A stretch of DNA of 63,905 bases, filler included, from Octopus bimaculoides (taxonomy: Eukaryota): assembly GCF_001194135.2 (NCBI RefSeq). It is 5 parts of 5 records of this genome, joined end to end, with 100 filler letters (N's around TTAATTAATTAA, not from the genome) between each part and the next. Parts side by side here need not be neighbours in the genome. Positions count along the whole stretch, not along the records: positions 27,776 to 46,318 come from NC_068984.1; positions 46,419 to 56,357 come from NC_068989.1; 3 more parts are not named here. One strand, written 5' to 3'. Of this stretch, positions 36,909 to 49,719 are shown piece by piece. The position numbers were made by a program, and so were the translations under genes. Under the pieces are notes generated by a model that did not search any database, was not told the origin of the DNA, and saw only the letters and a list, made by a program, of their open reading frames with translations. Position 1 is the first letter of the stretch, and the number at the start of each line of letters is the position of its first letter.

Positions 36909-39639
36909 CATGTATATACATACACTCATCGGTATTCAAATATTCATTTATTTACTCATGTACACGCACATACAGATATAAATGCAAATGTATTTATACA
37001 GCGCATGCATTGGCGCTTACTATTTATATGTGCATATATAGATATATATATACATACATGCATGCATACACATGCACGTGCACGCACACGCACACATACA
37101 CATGCATACACGTGCACACAGAGAAACACGCACGCATACACCTACATAGACAGCCACAGAAAAGATATACTGGCACATACGCGAATATGGAAGTGCATAT
37201 ATATTCCTATATAAACATAATTAAATATCCACATTAAAATTAAAGACATATTCATCTTCAAAATAAAATAACAGACAGAAAAATACGAAATGTAAAATAT
37301 AGAAATATGTTCGTAATAAATGAGTTGGCATATACGTATTAAGAGTCACAAAATATATAACGATGAATTTAAGCAAAAAGAAATATCTAAACGTTATAGC
37401 TTGATATAAAAGATAATATATCCTAAAATTCATTGTAATTAGCTCTGATCATGAAAATAGGTGAAGGTAAATTTTTATCTGTACACTTATTGTATTTGGA
37501 AAAGAGAAAATTGTTTAATTTGTGGCAGTTCATAATTATATCATGTTTGGATTTTAGCAAATTACTTAGAGTGTCACACGGCAGATATTTTGACGACCTT
37601 GATGAGAATGAACCGAATTTAGATTGGACTATTCCAAATTATAAGATATTATTGCTTTTGGTTTCAAATTCAAAATATTTTCAGATTGCCAGTTCTTTAC
37701 AGCATCCTAAGAAAATGAATAGTAATGCAAGTAAAATATTTTATTTAAAAATTAGGTAAGGAACTAATATTTAGAAGAGTTATGGGTTTTTTTAACCTGT
37801 TCATTTAGAAACATTATTTATTGTGTTGCAGAAATCACTGAGTAGACGATAAGCTTCTGCTCAACAATTAAATAGATATTATTTGTGTTTGGCAAGGAAG
37901 AATTATTAGATATAGATAAGAGTTATCTTTGATATTAGAAGACATATTATTATTATCATTACTGTTATTAATGTTTGTGATATTATCACTAAAATGTACT
38001 AGTTTTATTAGTATGACTACTTTTTCCCTTTCTGAGCTTACGATTGATATCGATATTATTATAAGTATTATAGTCAGCAGAACAATTATTTCATATATTT
38101 AGAATACATATCATGCTTGTTTTATAGGTGGAGGTTCGATTTTGCAACAATAGCGACTAAATTAAGCGTGGCTCAATAAGAAGATTTAACGATTGACTAA
38201 TCGAAAATTTCAAATATCAAAATGTAAGATCTTCCTTACCTCTTGGATTTTCTTTTTTTTTAGCATTACAAAATATTGAATTACCTAACCAGATTTGTCC
38301 CAAATAGATAGGTTGACATACATAGGTTTTTTGTTATGTTTTTTATTATGAATTCGACCTCTAAGTGGATGAAGCCATCTGATAGTTCATCTATTTGCAA
38401 GGAGACATAACTTATTGTTTTTGAAGAAACAGTGAGAAGTTCCAAGTCTAAACCCCTCAGTTCTGCCCGCTAAATTAAGTCTAATGACAGGTTCGTATTC
38501 CAAATCATTTATGTACTTAAATGCACTCTAACCTGTCTTTTTTTTATAATTATGTAGTCTTTTCATCATGAAATTATCAAATGTGGCTGAATTGATAGAG
38601 TTCCCAGCTTTGTTAGAAGACAAAAGCAAAATATCAGAATAGTAAAATTACAGTTTTTTTTGTAGAAGTCATTATGTAAATTATCATTATCATTCTTTCT
38701 CGTTCGATATCAAATCCAATAAATATTTTTAAAAGTTACGAGGTGGGAATTTATAAGGATTTAAAATCATATGGTTCAGACCGTTATTGCCTCCGGTCTG
38801 TTTTGTTGTCTTCTTATCATAGAATTAAGCTTCTGAATTAACATCTTCATATAAAAATCACTTTGTTAGTGTTGGTGTATTTTTAGGGAGACACCCAAAA
38901 TTTACTTTTTCCATATCTGTATAGTTTATCTCGGTAGCGAGATAAACTGGATTTGTGTGAACCCAAAATGTTTGTGAAAATCCAGCGATCGCCTCTGACG
39001 ATTCGGTAGCAATATTTGACAAGGTATTTTATCAAAGTTATTAATATTAGGCATATTTAAGCATATTGGTATTAGAGAATATCTACTTTAACAGATATTG
39101 CATTTTATAAACAATATCAAACAGACTTTGTTCTCTGGAGATTGGGAAAAAGTACAATTCTCAAGATAAAATAATATGACATGTTTATATTATGTTCGCT
39201 AAATCATGAAATGAGATAATTTTGTTTTTGAATTTTCATTACTAATTTACAGATGATTATTTAAAATAATCAGACGTTTTATTTAAATCGCATAATATTG
39301 AAGAATAATGTAAAGCACGGACTTTCTTTTGACATAGAATTTACTTTCATATTTAATTTTCGATTGACGTCAGATGAATTTATAAATTATCGAAAGAAGG
39401 TAAAATAGTTCTTTGTTGGAACGTTTGCTCTCCTGGCACATCACATAAAGCTATAAATAATAGTATAGAGATATTGGGTTGAAAAACCCTTTTCACAGAT
39501 GAACAGAGAAATCCGAAGGATTCCTTTGGTCCTTCGTAAAACGCCAGTTATGTTTACAGGAAATGTTAGTTCGAAACCCACGGACAGCCAACGTCAGTTT
39601 CTGTTGGAAAATGTTTTTCAACCTAATATTTGCATGCTA

Positions 39640-39950
39640 TCATTTATAACGTATGTGATGTGAAGAGCGCGATGTCATCAGCATAATCGGCGTCAGTCAA
39701 GCAGGTGGCCGGATATGTTCTGCTTCTAGATTTCTGTAAAGTGAAACCCAGATCATTGTGTTGATCTATTGACGTACGCAATACATAATCTGCCATCTTA
39801 TCTCTGTGTACAGAGTAAATGGCCTTGGATAAATCAACAAAGAGCAGAACTGCATTAAGGTGTTTGTCTCGTAATCTTTCCAAAATCCTCCTAACTGTGA
39901 GAATTTGACCAAATAGTTAACCAATTTATTGTTTCATTCATCAAAATTAA
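39640..39950 (-). mobile_element. Internally deleted RTE-type RT fragment
   Basis: LFVDLSKAIYSVHRDKM joined to DYVLRTSID..YPATCLTDADYADDIAL (YADD motif). Confidence 0.8.
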
Positions 39951-42492
39951 TCAGTAAGTTGTGTTTGCCAAAGACTTTTCGTGGCCATTCATGACCCTTT
40001 CATTGACATGCGCTCTCTATTCTTGGTCAAGCTAACTAACTGACGTATAATAAACAAGTGAAATAGAACCAGTCCGCGTGCTTATTATTGACATAGTGAC
40101 CTTCTTGAGATAAAAACAAGCCTGTTTCATCACAGGCGTTACCAACAATTTTTAAAATCAAATACAAAGAAAAGAAAACATATAAAGATGTTCTTTTCAA
40201 ACTTTTGGCCATTTTCAGTTGATAGTCAAAACTAAATTTCTTTTTTCTTCTTTTTCTGGTGAAAAATCGGATCTTTCTAATTTTCGTGATGATTGGGCAA
40301 TTATGTGATTAACTTATTTTGCTTAGATGTAAGTACATTTTAGGATATAATGTTTTCATAAATTGGAGATAAATGCTTCTGATAAATTTCTGAATTAATA
40401 TATTTACTGATGCCTTAAAATGAATATATTTCTAATCTTACTAAATTAAGCAAAATAAAACAATTTTATTTAATTCTATTTCACAATGCATTATCTTTTC
40501 TATTATAGATTTACCTCATAGCAAAATATCATCAAATAAACGCAACGATTATCTTCGTCAAAAGTGTGTGGCATAGAAAGCAAATACGAAGCTTGTATCA
40601 TTGAGAGACAACTGCCGAACAGCATTAATCAGAAGCATAATTCATATTTCTTTGTAGATCAAAAGAATAAGACATCCTTATATCTACTGTCTTCTGTATT
40701 GGTGATCGCATGCGAAGTAAAAATTTTCATCTACTGAGCTGAAAACTCATTTTCAAAAACATCATAAATCTGATAATAAATTTTGGACACATGCTGATAA
40801 ATCGTACATACTAACAGTAATTTTTGGTATTTATTTTACTAAAATGAGAATAGGAACAACAGTTACCTTTTCCGAACCTCGCTTTTCGCTACTTAATAAA
40901 AAGCATCTATTTACAGAAGCTAAAACCAAAGGCAAGCCAACACTTTTTTATTGCAGAGAGGTTAATAGTAAATATAAAATATTAAGAGTAAACGATGTTA
41001 CTCTCAGGTTGTACAGTTACATGAAAGAGCTTAGGACTTGTGCGAGAACTTAAAAGAACTAGTCTTGCATGGAATGAACAATGCTGCGTTATGAAAGACC
41101 TATAAGTAATTACACAATGCTTCATTTCATGTACATTTTAGAAATATTTATGACGATATACACAATGTAGATGAGTGTTATCTATGGTATATAACCATTA
41201 CAGAGAAAACATCTAGAGAAGCTATTTTGAATCAGAACTGCATTATTTCCGTAGAAGCATTAATTACAAAGACATTATGTGTACAAAAGCAAATGAGTCG
41301 ACTTGAGAAAGTATTTGGTGCTATACTTTTTGTAGCATAAAACTGCATCCAAAACAATACCCTATATTTCAGAGACCGCAAAAAGAGTTCGATACTGAAT
41401 GAACAACTTGGCTGCTACATTCTCTAGATCGGTGAATCTCAAGAGAAAAGTCCTGCTTCAGGTTTTAGAATTTCGCAAGGAAATCTTGCATGTTCATCAT
41501 TATGAAGACTGGCTTTGTAACTTTTTTTATCACTAAAAATGGGTTCATTATTTTGAGCTGCATGGCTTCCATATAGGAATATTTAAACATTTATGTTATG
41601 ATCTTTTTCAGAAAAAGCCAAAAACATTTTTTTTCCAATTAGTAGTTTCCGAGACAGAATTCAGTTTTTCTTTAATGCAGACAACATTGATAGAGATGGT
41701 TTTAAAAACTATTTCAGCATTGTAGAAAATATGTGTTTCATCTTTGTCGTTTTAAAATTTAATATCGAAAAATAGTTCCCCGTTAACAAATATAGATCAC
41801 TACAAAAGTAGTACTAAGTCAATTTGAAAAGGTTGCTGATACACAAAATATTCTAAATTAGGAAAATTTCTCTTGATGTCCAAATTAAAATCTTCTTAAG
41901 TATCATCTGTCCATTAATTCGGGGTTATAATATTCAATGAGCTTATCAAAAATTAGAAAATTATTGTTCGATTTCTTGATTCATATCCCTGCAAAAAAGG
42001 AATCCCTTGAATAATTAAGGTAAAAGTAAATCAAATAATCGACTTTCAGAATTGTCCATGTCGAAGAGAGCACGCAGTTTTTCCTTTCACCACAATTATA
42101 CACTTTGAAAAGGCCAAGCTGTTAAATCTGCAGTTTGTTGTTATGTGATTAACAATACAAACAGAATTATGGGATCCTCATTTAAGCTGTTATGCTTTTA
42201 TGGAATCGTATAATTCTTTTATTAAAGGGAAACAAAATATGTCCTTATATATTCATTCCAATACAAAGTTGAAAGTTTATTTCTAAGTCTTAAGGGATAT
42301 TTGAAGTTCATATTGTTGAAAAAGTTTGGAGGCCAGTGGTCTGACAACAAGAACAACTTTAAAATAATGGTACAATACTAAAAATTATGGAATTATCCGG
42401 AGTAATTTTCCGTTGATATCCTCTGGTCTGAAAAATATGAAAAGAAGTTAATAAAATGTATTATTATTGATAGCCTGACCAAATTCTTAGAA

Positions 42493-42701
42493 TATTGGTT
42501 TCAACTTTTGGCACAAGTCCAGTAAGTTCGGGGAAAGGGGTAAGTCGATTACATCGACCCCAATGCTCAAACCGTACCTATCTGAAAGCATGAAAGACAA
42601 ATTCAACCCCGGCGAACTATGGACTCAGAACATAAAGACGGACGAAATACCGCTAAGCATTTTGCCCGGTGTGCTAACGATTCTGCTAGCTCACCACCTT
42701 C
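42493..42701 (-). mobile_element. SINE family A
   Basis: Head, core and tail homology. Confidence 0.8.
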
Positions 42702-44704
42702 AGTTCCTAAAATAATAATCAATCTACATAAAAAGTATCTGAAAGGTATATTAAAGATTTATATATATTTTGAAATAAATATTTCCCATAACGTAAGAAC
42801 GCACAGGGTTTGAAATATTTAAATAACATAATAATATCATTTATGAATAATATGACTTTTGTACAAATTAAACATGTAAGTGTACAGCTTAATCTGGTTT
42901 AATCTGAAATCCTCGAAATGTAGAATAAGATAAAATAATCCACTTACTCAAAATATTCGATTTGTGACACATAGAAGATTTGTAAAACATCTATCCAGCT
43001 ATCTTCTCCGTCCGCTATTTCTGGAAGTGTGGTGTGGTTAGACAGCTCAGGCACATCCTCCATAAAGTCCAGTCAGAAACAATGGTCATTTGTCTTTCGG
43101 GCTGGATTCTTAGGCATGACTAACTGAGACTGTCGATATTATTCAATTATGGACTGTAAAACATTTCTAAGATTTCCATTTAAGCTTCATGGAATGAAAC
43201 TTTGCCCGCAATTGTAAGTGCATATAGTATAGAAACACACTCGTATTGAGTAATGGAAGTCACACTTGTGCTTTTGTGAGATACGCACGTCACTATACAT
43301 GGCAACAATGTCTCTACATTTACTTACATATATGCAGACACTTGATCTTGATATATACCAAATCTTAAGAACTGCCTTTCCACTAGAAAAGTCGAACCTT
43401 TTCACTTCGTTATTGACTGCTTTGTATTCTGAAAAGGAAGTGCTTATACGAAATTCAAAGGAAAACAAAGACTGACTGATTGTTAAAAAAAGGCTGACGA
43501 AGAGAAGAAGCAACAGTTTTCTTCAAAGCTCATGTAAGTCTGAATGAGAATATGTGCGTTTAATTACATATGTGTATGCGTATATGCATATATACGTGTG
43601 TATTTGTGTGTGTGTGTGTGTCTGTGTGTGTGTGTATGTGTGTGCATGTGAACGCGTGTGCGTATGTGTGATAAATTGACGTGAACACTGCAAAGCAGCT
43701 TTACGAATAATGACACAACATTCACTAAAGTGGAGAGAGAATACAAAACACAGAGTCAAATTTCTTTAAAAAGCTTGTGCTGACTATGAAATTATACACA
43801 CATACTACACATCCACACAAACACGTATATATACAGACATGCATACATGTACGTATATATATATATATATATATATATATNNNNNNNNNNNNNNNNNNNN
43901 NNNNNNNNNNNNNNNNNNNNNNNNNNNNNNNNNNNNNNNNNNNNNNNNNNNNNNNNNNNNNNNNNNNNNNNNNNNNNNNNNNNNNNNNNNNNNNNNNNNN
44001 NNNNNNNNNNNNNNNNNNNNNNNNNNNNNNNNNNNNNNNNNNNNNNNNNNNNNNNNNNNNNNNNNNNNNNNNNNNNNNNNNNNNNNNNNNNNNNNNNNNN
44101 NNNNNNNNNNNNNNNNNNNNNNNNNNNNNNNNNNNNNNNNNNNNNNNNNNNNNNNNNNNNNNNNNNNNNNNNNNNNNNNNNNNNNNNNNNNNNNNNNNNN
44201 NNNNNNNNNNNNNNNNNNNNNNNNNNNNNNNNNNNNNNNNNNNNNNNNNNNNNNNNNNNNNNNNNNNNNNNNNNNNNNNNNNNNNNNNNNNNNNNNNNNN
44301 NNNNNNNNNNNNNNNNNNNNNNNNNNNNNNNNNNNNNNNNNNNNNNNNNNNNNNNNNNNNNNNNNNNNNNNNNNNNNNNNNNNNNNNNNNNNNNNNNNNN
44401 NNNNNNNNNNNNNNNNNNNNNNNNNNNNNNNNNNNNNNNNNNNNNNNNNNNNNNNNNNNNNNNNNNNNNNNNNNNNNNNNNNNNNNNNNNNNNNNNNNNN
44501 NNNNNNNNNNNNNNNNNNNNNNNNNNNNNNNNNNNNNNNNNNNNNNNNNNNNNNNNNNNNNNNNNNNNNNNNNNNNNNNNNNNNNNNNNNNNNNNNNNNN
44601 NNNNNNNNNNNNNNNNNNNNNNNNNNNNNNNNNNNNNNNNNNNNNNNNNNNNNNNNNNNNNNNNNNNNNNNNNNNNNNNNNNNNNNNNNNNNNNNNNNNN
44701 NNNN

Positions 44705-45040
44705 CACGCAAAGTGGTTCTCCAGGTGTGCAGGCACGTGATTGTGTAATTATTATCCTGCATTATCAGACTTAGTTGTGATTCCACAGGTGATATGTAGA
44801 TATTGTCTCTGTAAGTTTACATTCTCGGCTTCAAGAACATCCTCTCTGGCTGTTGCAGCCTCAGTTTAGTAGTAGTCACGGGGTTTGTCACGGAGTGTTC
44901 TTACTGAAGGACCGTTGGCAAACTGAATGTGTAGATGTAGTGGGATGATGATTCTGCTACTGCTAAAGTGGTTGCCGTCTTAAATGAATTGGCATTTGAT
45001 TTCATTATGCTTTTGGTTCGTTCTTTATGATTGGTTACAC
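44705..45040 (-). repeat. Unidentified repeat, inverted homolog of 45790-46105
   Basis: Shared blocks such as CCACTACATCTAC, CAGTTTGCCAACGGTCCTTCAG, GAGACAATAT and ATGCAGGATAATA. Confidence 0.75.
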
Positions 45041-45311
45041 ATGCGATTGTCTTTGATTGACCTTCACAAATAGGCCTATATGTACATATACATAGTTGTT
45101 CACATAGAAGCACTCTGATAGGAGTTTCAAACTTCATGTAGCCGTTTTGAAACTGAAAAATGTATAGTTTACTGGTTGCTTAAATAGCAAAAGATTTTAT
45201 CTTACTAATGCACATAAAAAAAAAATTCACAGAAAACAGAAAAGAATATAAAAAAGTATTTTAAAATAAGAGAAAATAAAATATAAATAATCTATATATA
45301 GAAGCATGTGT

Positions 45312-45390
45312 GAAGAAGAAGAAGAAGAAGAAGAAGAAGAAGAAGAAGAAGAAGAAGAAGAAGAAGAAGAAGAAGAAGAAGAAGAAGAAG
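45312..45390. repeat. (GAA)n microsatellite
   Basis: Perfect run. Confidence 0.95.
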
Positions 45391-45682
45391 AGCAAAAGGA
45401 AGGAAGAAAGACGGCGAAGAAGGGGATGGAAAAACAGAGACAAAAAGAAATGAAATCAAAAGAAAACATAATATATATATATAAATAAAATTAAATTAAA
45501 ATAATAAAAAGTACGATTAATAGTAATTTAGAACAGTGGTAGGAAGATTTAAGTCTATCAAGGATAACCAAATGAAAAATTTAGGAATGGTCAGTATTAT
45601 GCAGTTTTATATTTAAGAGATGAAGAATTATGTAAATTATTTACATTTGACGGATATTTGTCCTCATGTTGTTTGCTACTAA

Positions 45683-45727
45683 CACAACGTTTCGGCTGAT
45701 ATACCCTCCAGCCTTCATTGAGTGTCT
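45683..45727 (-). ncRNA. Degenerate minimal type I hammerhead ribozyme motif
   Basis: GACAC-TCAATGA-A-GGCTG(N10)CAGCC-GAAAC-GTT-GTGTT: stems I and II and GAAAC are present; the core reads TCAATGA instead of CTGATGA. Confidence 0.55.
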
Positions 45728-45730
45728 TGA

Positions 45731-45790
45731 GGACATATGGCGTAGTGGTTAAGAGCCCGGGCTACTAACCACAGGATTCCGAATTCGACC
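45731..45790 (+). mobile_element. Isolated tRNA-like SINE head
   Basis: A box TGGCGTAGTGG and degenerate B box GAATTCGACC; no acceptor stem or full cloverleaf. Confidence 0.65.
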
Positions 45791-46105
45791 ATGAAGAACA
45801 AATCAACAGTGCAAAGAAATCAAATGCCAGTCCTTTTAACAGTAGCAAAATCACCATTCCACTACATCTACGCATTAAAAGCAGTTTGCCAACGGTCCTT
45901 CAGCACCAGCACACCTTGCTAAACTCAGTGAATACTACTAAAATCAGGACATAACAGACAGAGTGAATGTTTTTGAAGCTGAGAATGTTAACTTACGGAG
46001 ACAATATATGCATATCGCCTGAGGAAACAGAGCTATATCTCATTATGCAGGATAATAGTTGCATAATCAAGTGCCTGCATGCCTGGAGAACTACGTTGTT
46101 TGGAA
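45790..46105 (+). repeat. Unidentified repeat, inverted homolog of 44705-45040
   Basis: See partner; roughly 75% similar by eye. Confidence 0.75.
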
Positions 46106-46419
46106 ACGATTGTAGTGATTAAAAAATAAATGTCCAACTGTACTCCTTGTTGACGCCAAATATTTTCAATTATCTATTCACACACGACAGAATACCAAAC
46201 GCAAGCCTGGAAGTACGTATGATACTACAACTAGATAGCTCAGGGTGAAGTCTGAATATGGACGAGCTTTATACTGTACTCTATTACGTTTTTAACAGAA
46301 TATACCATATCTGTATAANNNNNNNNNNNNNNNNNNNNNNNNNNNNNNNNNNNNNNNNNNNNTTAATTAATTAANNNNNNNNNNNNNNNNNNNNNNNNNN
46401 NNNNNNNNNNNNNNNNNNG

Positions 46420-49400
46420 ATACACTAGCCAAATTGACTACATCCTCGCCAAGAAAAGGGAAAGATGGCTGCTTATAAATGCCAAAACCTTCCCAGGTGA
46501 AGAATGTACCCCACAACATAGACTAGTAGTTAGTGACTTCAGGATCAGGGCTAAGTGGTTGCCCAGAAGACGACCAGCATGGAGGAGAAGGGTCTGGAAG
46601 TTCAAAGATCCTGCAAATAGACAGAGATTTAGAGACTTATTACTCGAAGCCTTTGACGAAATAGAAGGGGATATAGCTTCATACGATGTAGAAGACAACT
46701 GGAGGTTTCTACGGGACAACCTGCTGAGGGCCACTGACCATATCTGTGGATGGTGCAAAGTCCCCTCTCGACCCAAAATAACGTGGTGGTGGGACAATGT
46801 TGTTGACAGGGCTATTAGATAAAAGAAACAGGTTTGGAAGGACTGGAAGAATGGTGGTAGCAAGGAATTGTATCAGACTGCCAGAAGGGAAGCTAGGCGA
46901 CAGGTTTATTTAGCCAGAAGGAAAGGAAAAAAAAAATTTGCCAATGTTCTATGCCGTGAGGACCAAAGACTTGAAGTATTTAGTGTTGCAACACAGTGTG
47001 TGAGAGAGAATCGTGATGTTATGGGAGAGAAATGTGTTCGCATGGATGACGGTACACTTGCACTAAATGAGGCTGCAAAGAAAGAGGTTTGGAGACGCCA
47101 CTACGAAAGGTTGCTCAATAAAGAGAATGAATGGGAGAAAGAGAGTCTGCCACATGTCGACCCATCAGAGGAACCAGCTATCCAAGTTGACAGTACCATG
47201 GTAGATAAAGCAATTAAGAGTATGAAGACAGGGAAAGCCCCCGGCACATCAGGAATCACTGCAGAGATGCTCAAAATATCTGGCAGTGTCGGCTATAGCC
47301 TAGTCACCCGTATTACGAACCAGGTGATACACGAAGGAGTCATACCCAATGACTGGTGTAGCAGCACCATAGTCAACTGCTACAAAAAGTAAAGGTGACG
47401 CTTTAGATACAAATAATTGCAGAGGTATCAAGTTGTTAGATCAGGTAATGAAAGTCACGGAGAGGGTTATAGCCCAACTAATTAGGGAGCGAGTCAGTTT
47501 AGATGAGATGCAGTTTGGGTTTGTGCCAGGGAAAAGCACCACTGATGCTATATTGCTGGTAAGACAGCTGCAGGAGAAATACCTAGCCAAAGATAAACCT
47601 CTGTACCTGGCTTTCATTGACATGGAGAAAGCCTTTGACAGGGTCCCCCGATCCCTTATCTGGTGGTTAATGAGGAAACTAGGGATAGAAGAATGGTTAG
47701 TGAGAGCTGTACAAGCCATGTATAGAAACACTGTCAGTAAGGTGATGGTTGGCAGAGAGTACAGTGAAGCATTCCGGGTAGAGGTAGGGGTCTACCAAGG
47801 TTCAGTCCTCAGCCCCCTCCTATTTATCATAGTCCTCCAGGCAATAACACAGGAATTCAAGACAGGATGCTCCTGGGAGCTCGTCTATGCTGATGACCTT
47901 GTGCTAATTGCTGAGTCACTATCAGAACTAGAGGAGAAGTTTCAGGTGTGAAAGCAAGGACTAGAATCGAAGGGCCTTAGAGTCAACCTAGCTAAAACCA
48001 AAGTCCTAATAAGTAGGAAGGTAGACAAAACACAAACCCCTTCAGATAGATGGCCCTGTTCGATCTGTAGAAAAGGCGTAGGTAGAAACTCTATAAGATG
48101 TACCCGGTGTAAGCTATAGACACATTAGAGGGGCAGCAATATCAAAGGAAGGTTAACCAGGAAGTTAGTTTTTGTATGTGGCAGATGTTCAGGGGCAATA
48201 AACACTGAAAATGTGCAGAAAACAACTTCTGCCACATTCTAGGGAGAAAAACTAGACCTAGTTGATAGCTTCTGCTATGTAGGTGACCGAGTTAGTAGTG
48301 GGAGAGGGTGCACTGAAAGTGTAGCTGCTAGAATAAGAATAGCCTGGGCAAAGTTCAGAGAGCTTTTACCTCTGCTGGTGACAAAGGCCTCTCACTCAGA
48401 GAAAAAGGCAGACTATATGATGCATGTGTACGAACAGCCATGCTACATGGCAGTGAAACATGGGCTGTGACTGGTGAGGACATGCGTAAGCTTGCAAGGA
48501 ATGAAGCCAGTATGCTCCTCTGGATGTGTAATGTCAGTGTGCATACTCAACAGAATGTAAGTACCTTGAGAGAAAAGTTGAACCTAAGAAGCATCAGTTG
48601 TGGTGTGCAAGAGAGATGATTGCGCTGGTATGGTCATGTGGTGAGAACGGATGAGGATAGCTGTGTGAAAAAGTGCCACACTCTAGCGGTTGAGGGAACC
48701 TGTGAAAGAGGTAGATCCAGGAAGACTTGGGATGAGGCAGTGAAGCATGACCTCCAANNNNNNNNNNNNNNNNNNNAAATGTATTGTGCGTGAGAAGACC
48801 CGGCAAGCCAAGTGAGACCATAATCCAAGGTCTCTGCCAGGGGTGTAGCCAGCCCATTTATGCATACCATTCCTTCATTGGACACTAAACTCCGCTTGCG
48901 AAGACCTGTTGAGGCAAGTGAAATCGAAATCGAACTAAATTTGAGGACCGGCACCCATTCCAACATCTCCTTCATTGGACACTAAACTTAGCTTGCGAAG
49001 ACCTGTTGGGGCAAGTGAAAGTGAAATCGTGATGGCACCTGTACCAGTGGAGCACTAAGAGCACCGTCCAAGCGAGATCGTTGCCAGAGCAGCTTCCGTG
49101 CCAGTGGCACGTAAATAGCACCATTTGAATGTGATCGTTAGCAGCGTCGCCTGCCTGGCACTTGTGCTGGTGGCATGTAAAAAGACATTTGAGTGAGGTC
49201 ATTGCCAGTGCCGCTGGACTGGCTCCTGTGCAGGTGGCACATAAAATACACCATTTTGAGCGTATCCGTTGCTAGTACCACCTGACTGGCCTTCGTGCCG
49301 GTAGCACATAAAAGCACCCACTACACTCTCGGAGTGGTTGGCGTTAAGAAGAGCATCCACCTGTAGAAACTCTGCCAAATCAGACTGGAGCCTGGTGTAG

Positions 49401-49481
49401 CCATCTGGTTCACCAGTCCTCAGTGAAATCATCCAACCCATGTTAGCATGGAAAGCGGACGTTAAACGATGATGATGATGA
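46420..49481 (+). mobile_element. RTE-clade LINE, ~3 kb 5'-truncated decayed copy with 3' UTR and (GAT)n tail
   Basis: QIDYIL..QHRLVV (EN end); MKTGKAPGTSGITAEMLK; QFGFVPGKSTTDAI; AFIDMEKAFDRVPR; GVYQGSVLSPLLFIIV; LVYADDLVL; LRWYGH; ends GCGGACGTTAAAC(GAT)n. Several stops and frameshifts. Confidence 0.95.
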
Positions 49482-49719
49482 ATGTATTCACAATATACTT
49501 TTAGATCAATAAATCTTTAGTATCATATTACTTAATAAAATATTGATAATAAGTAAATGATTGCAATTGATTCACTAAATAAGAATAATAATAATTTTAT
49601 AGATATATAATGGGAGGCAAAGTTCATGACATCGGATGAATATCGCCTTCTCCCATTAAAATCTGTTCTTTGTGTTGTTTCAGGCTCCTGCAGGCGAGAA
49701 AAGAAGTCTTAAGTAAAAA

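Noticed and set aside
38300-38480. Minus-frame SLQIDELSD resembling the hAT/Buster LQLDESTD motif
   Set aside because: Flanking residues do not follow the transposase pattern; a single short motif is insufficient
43725-44786. Long ORFs of 300-350 aa here and at 18793-19443
   Set aside because: They only span N gaps
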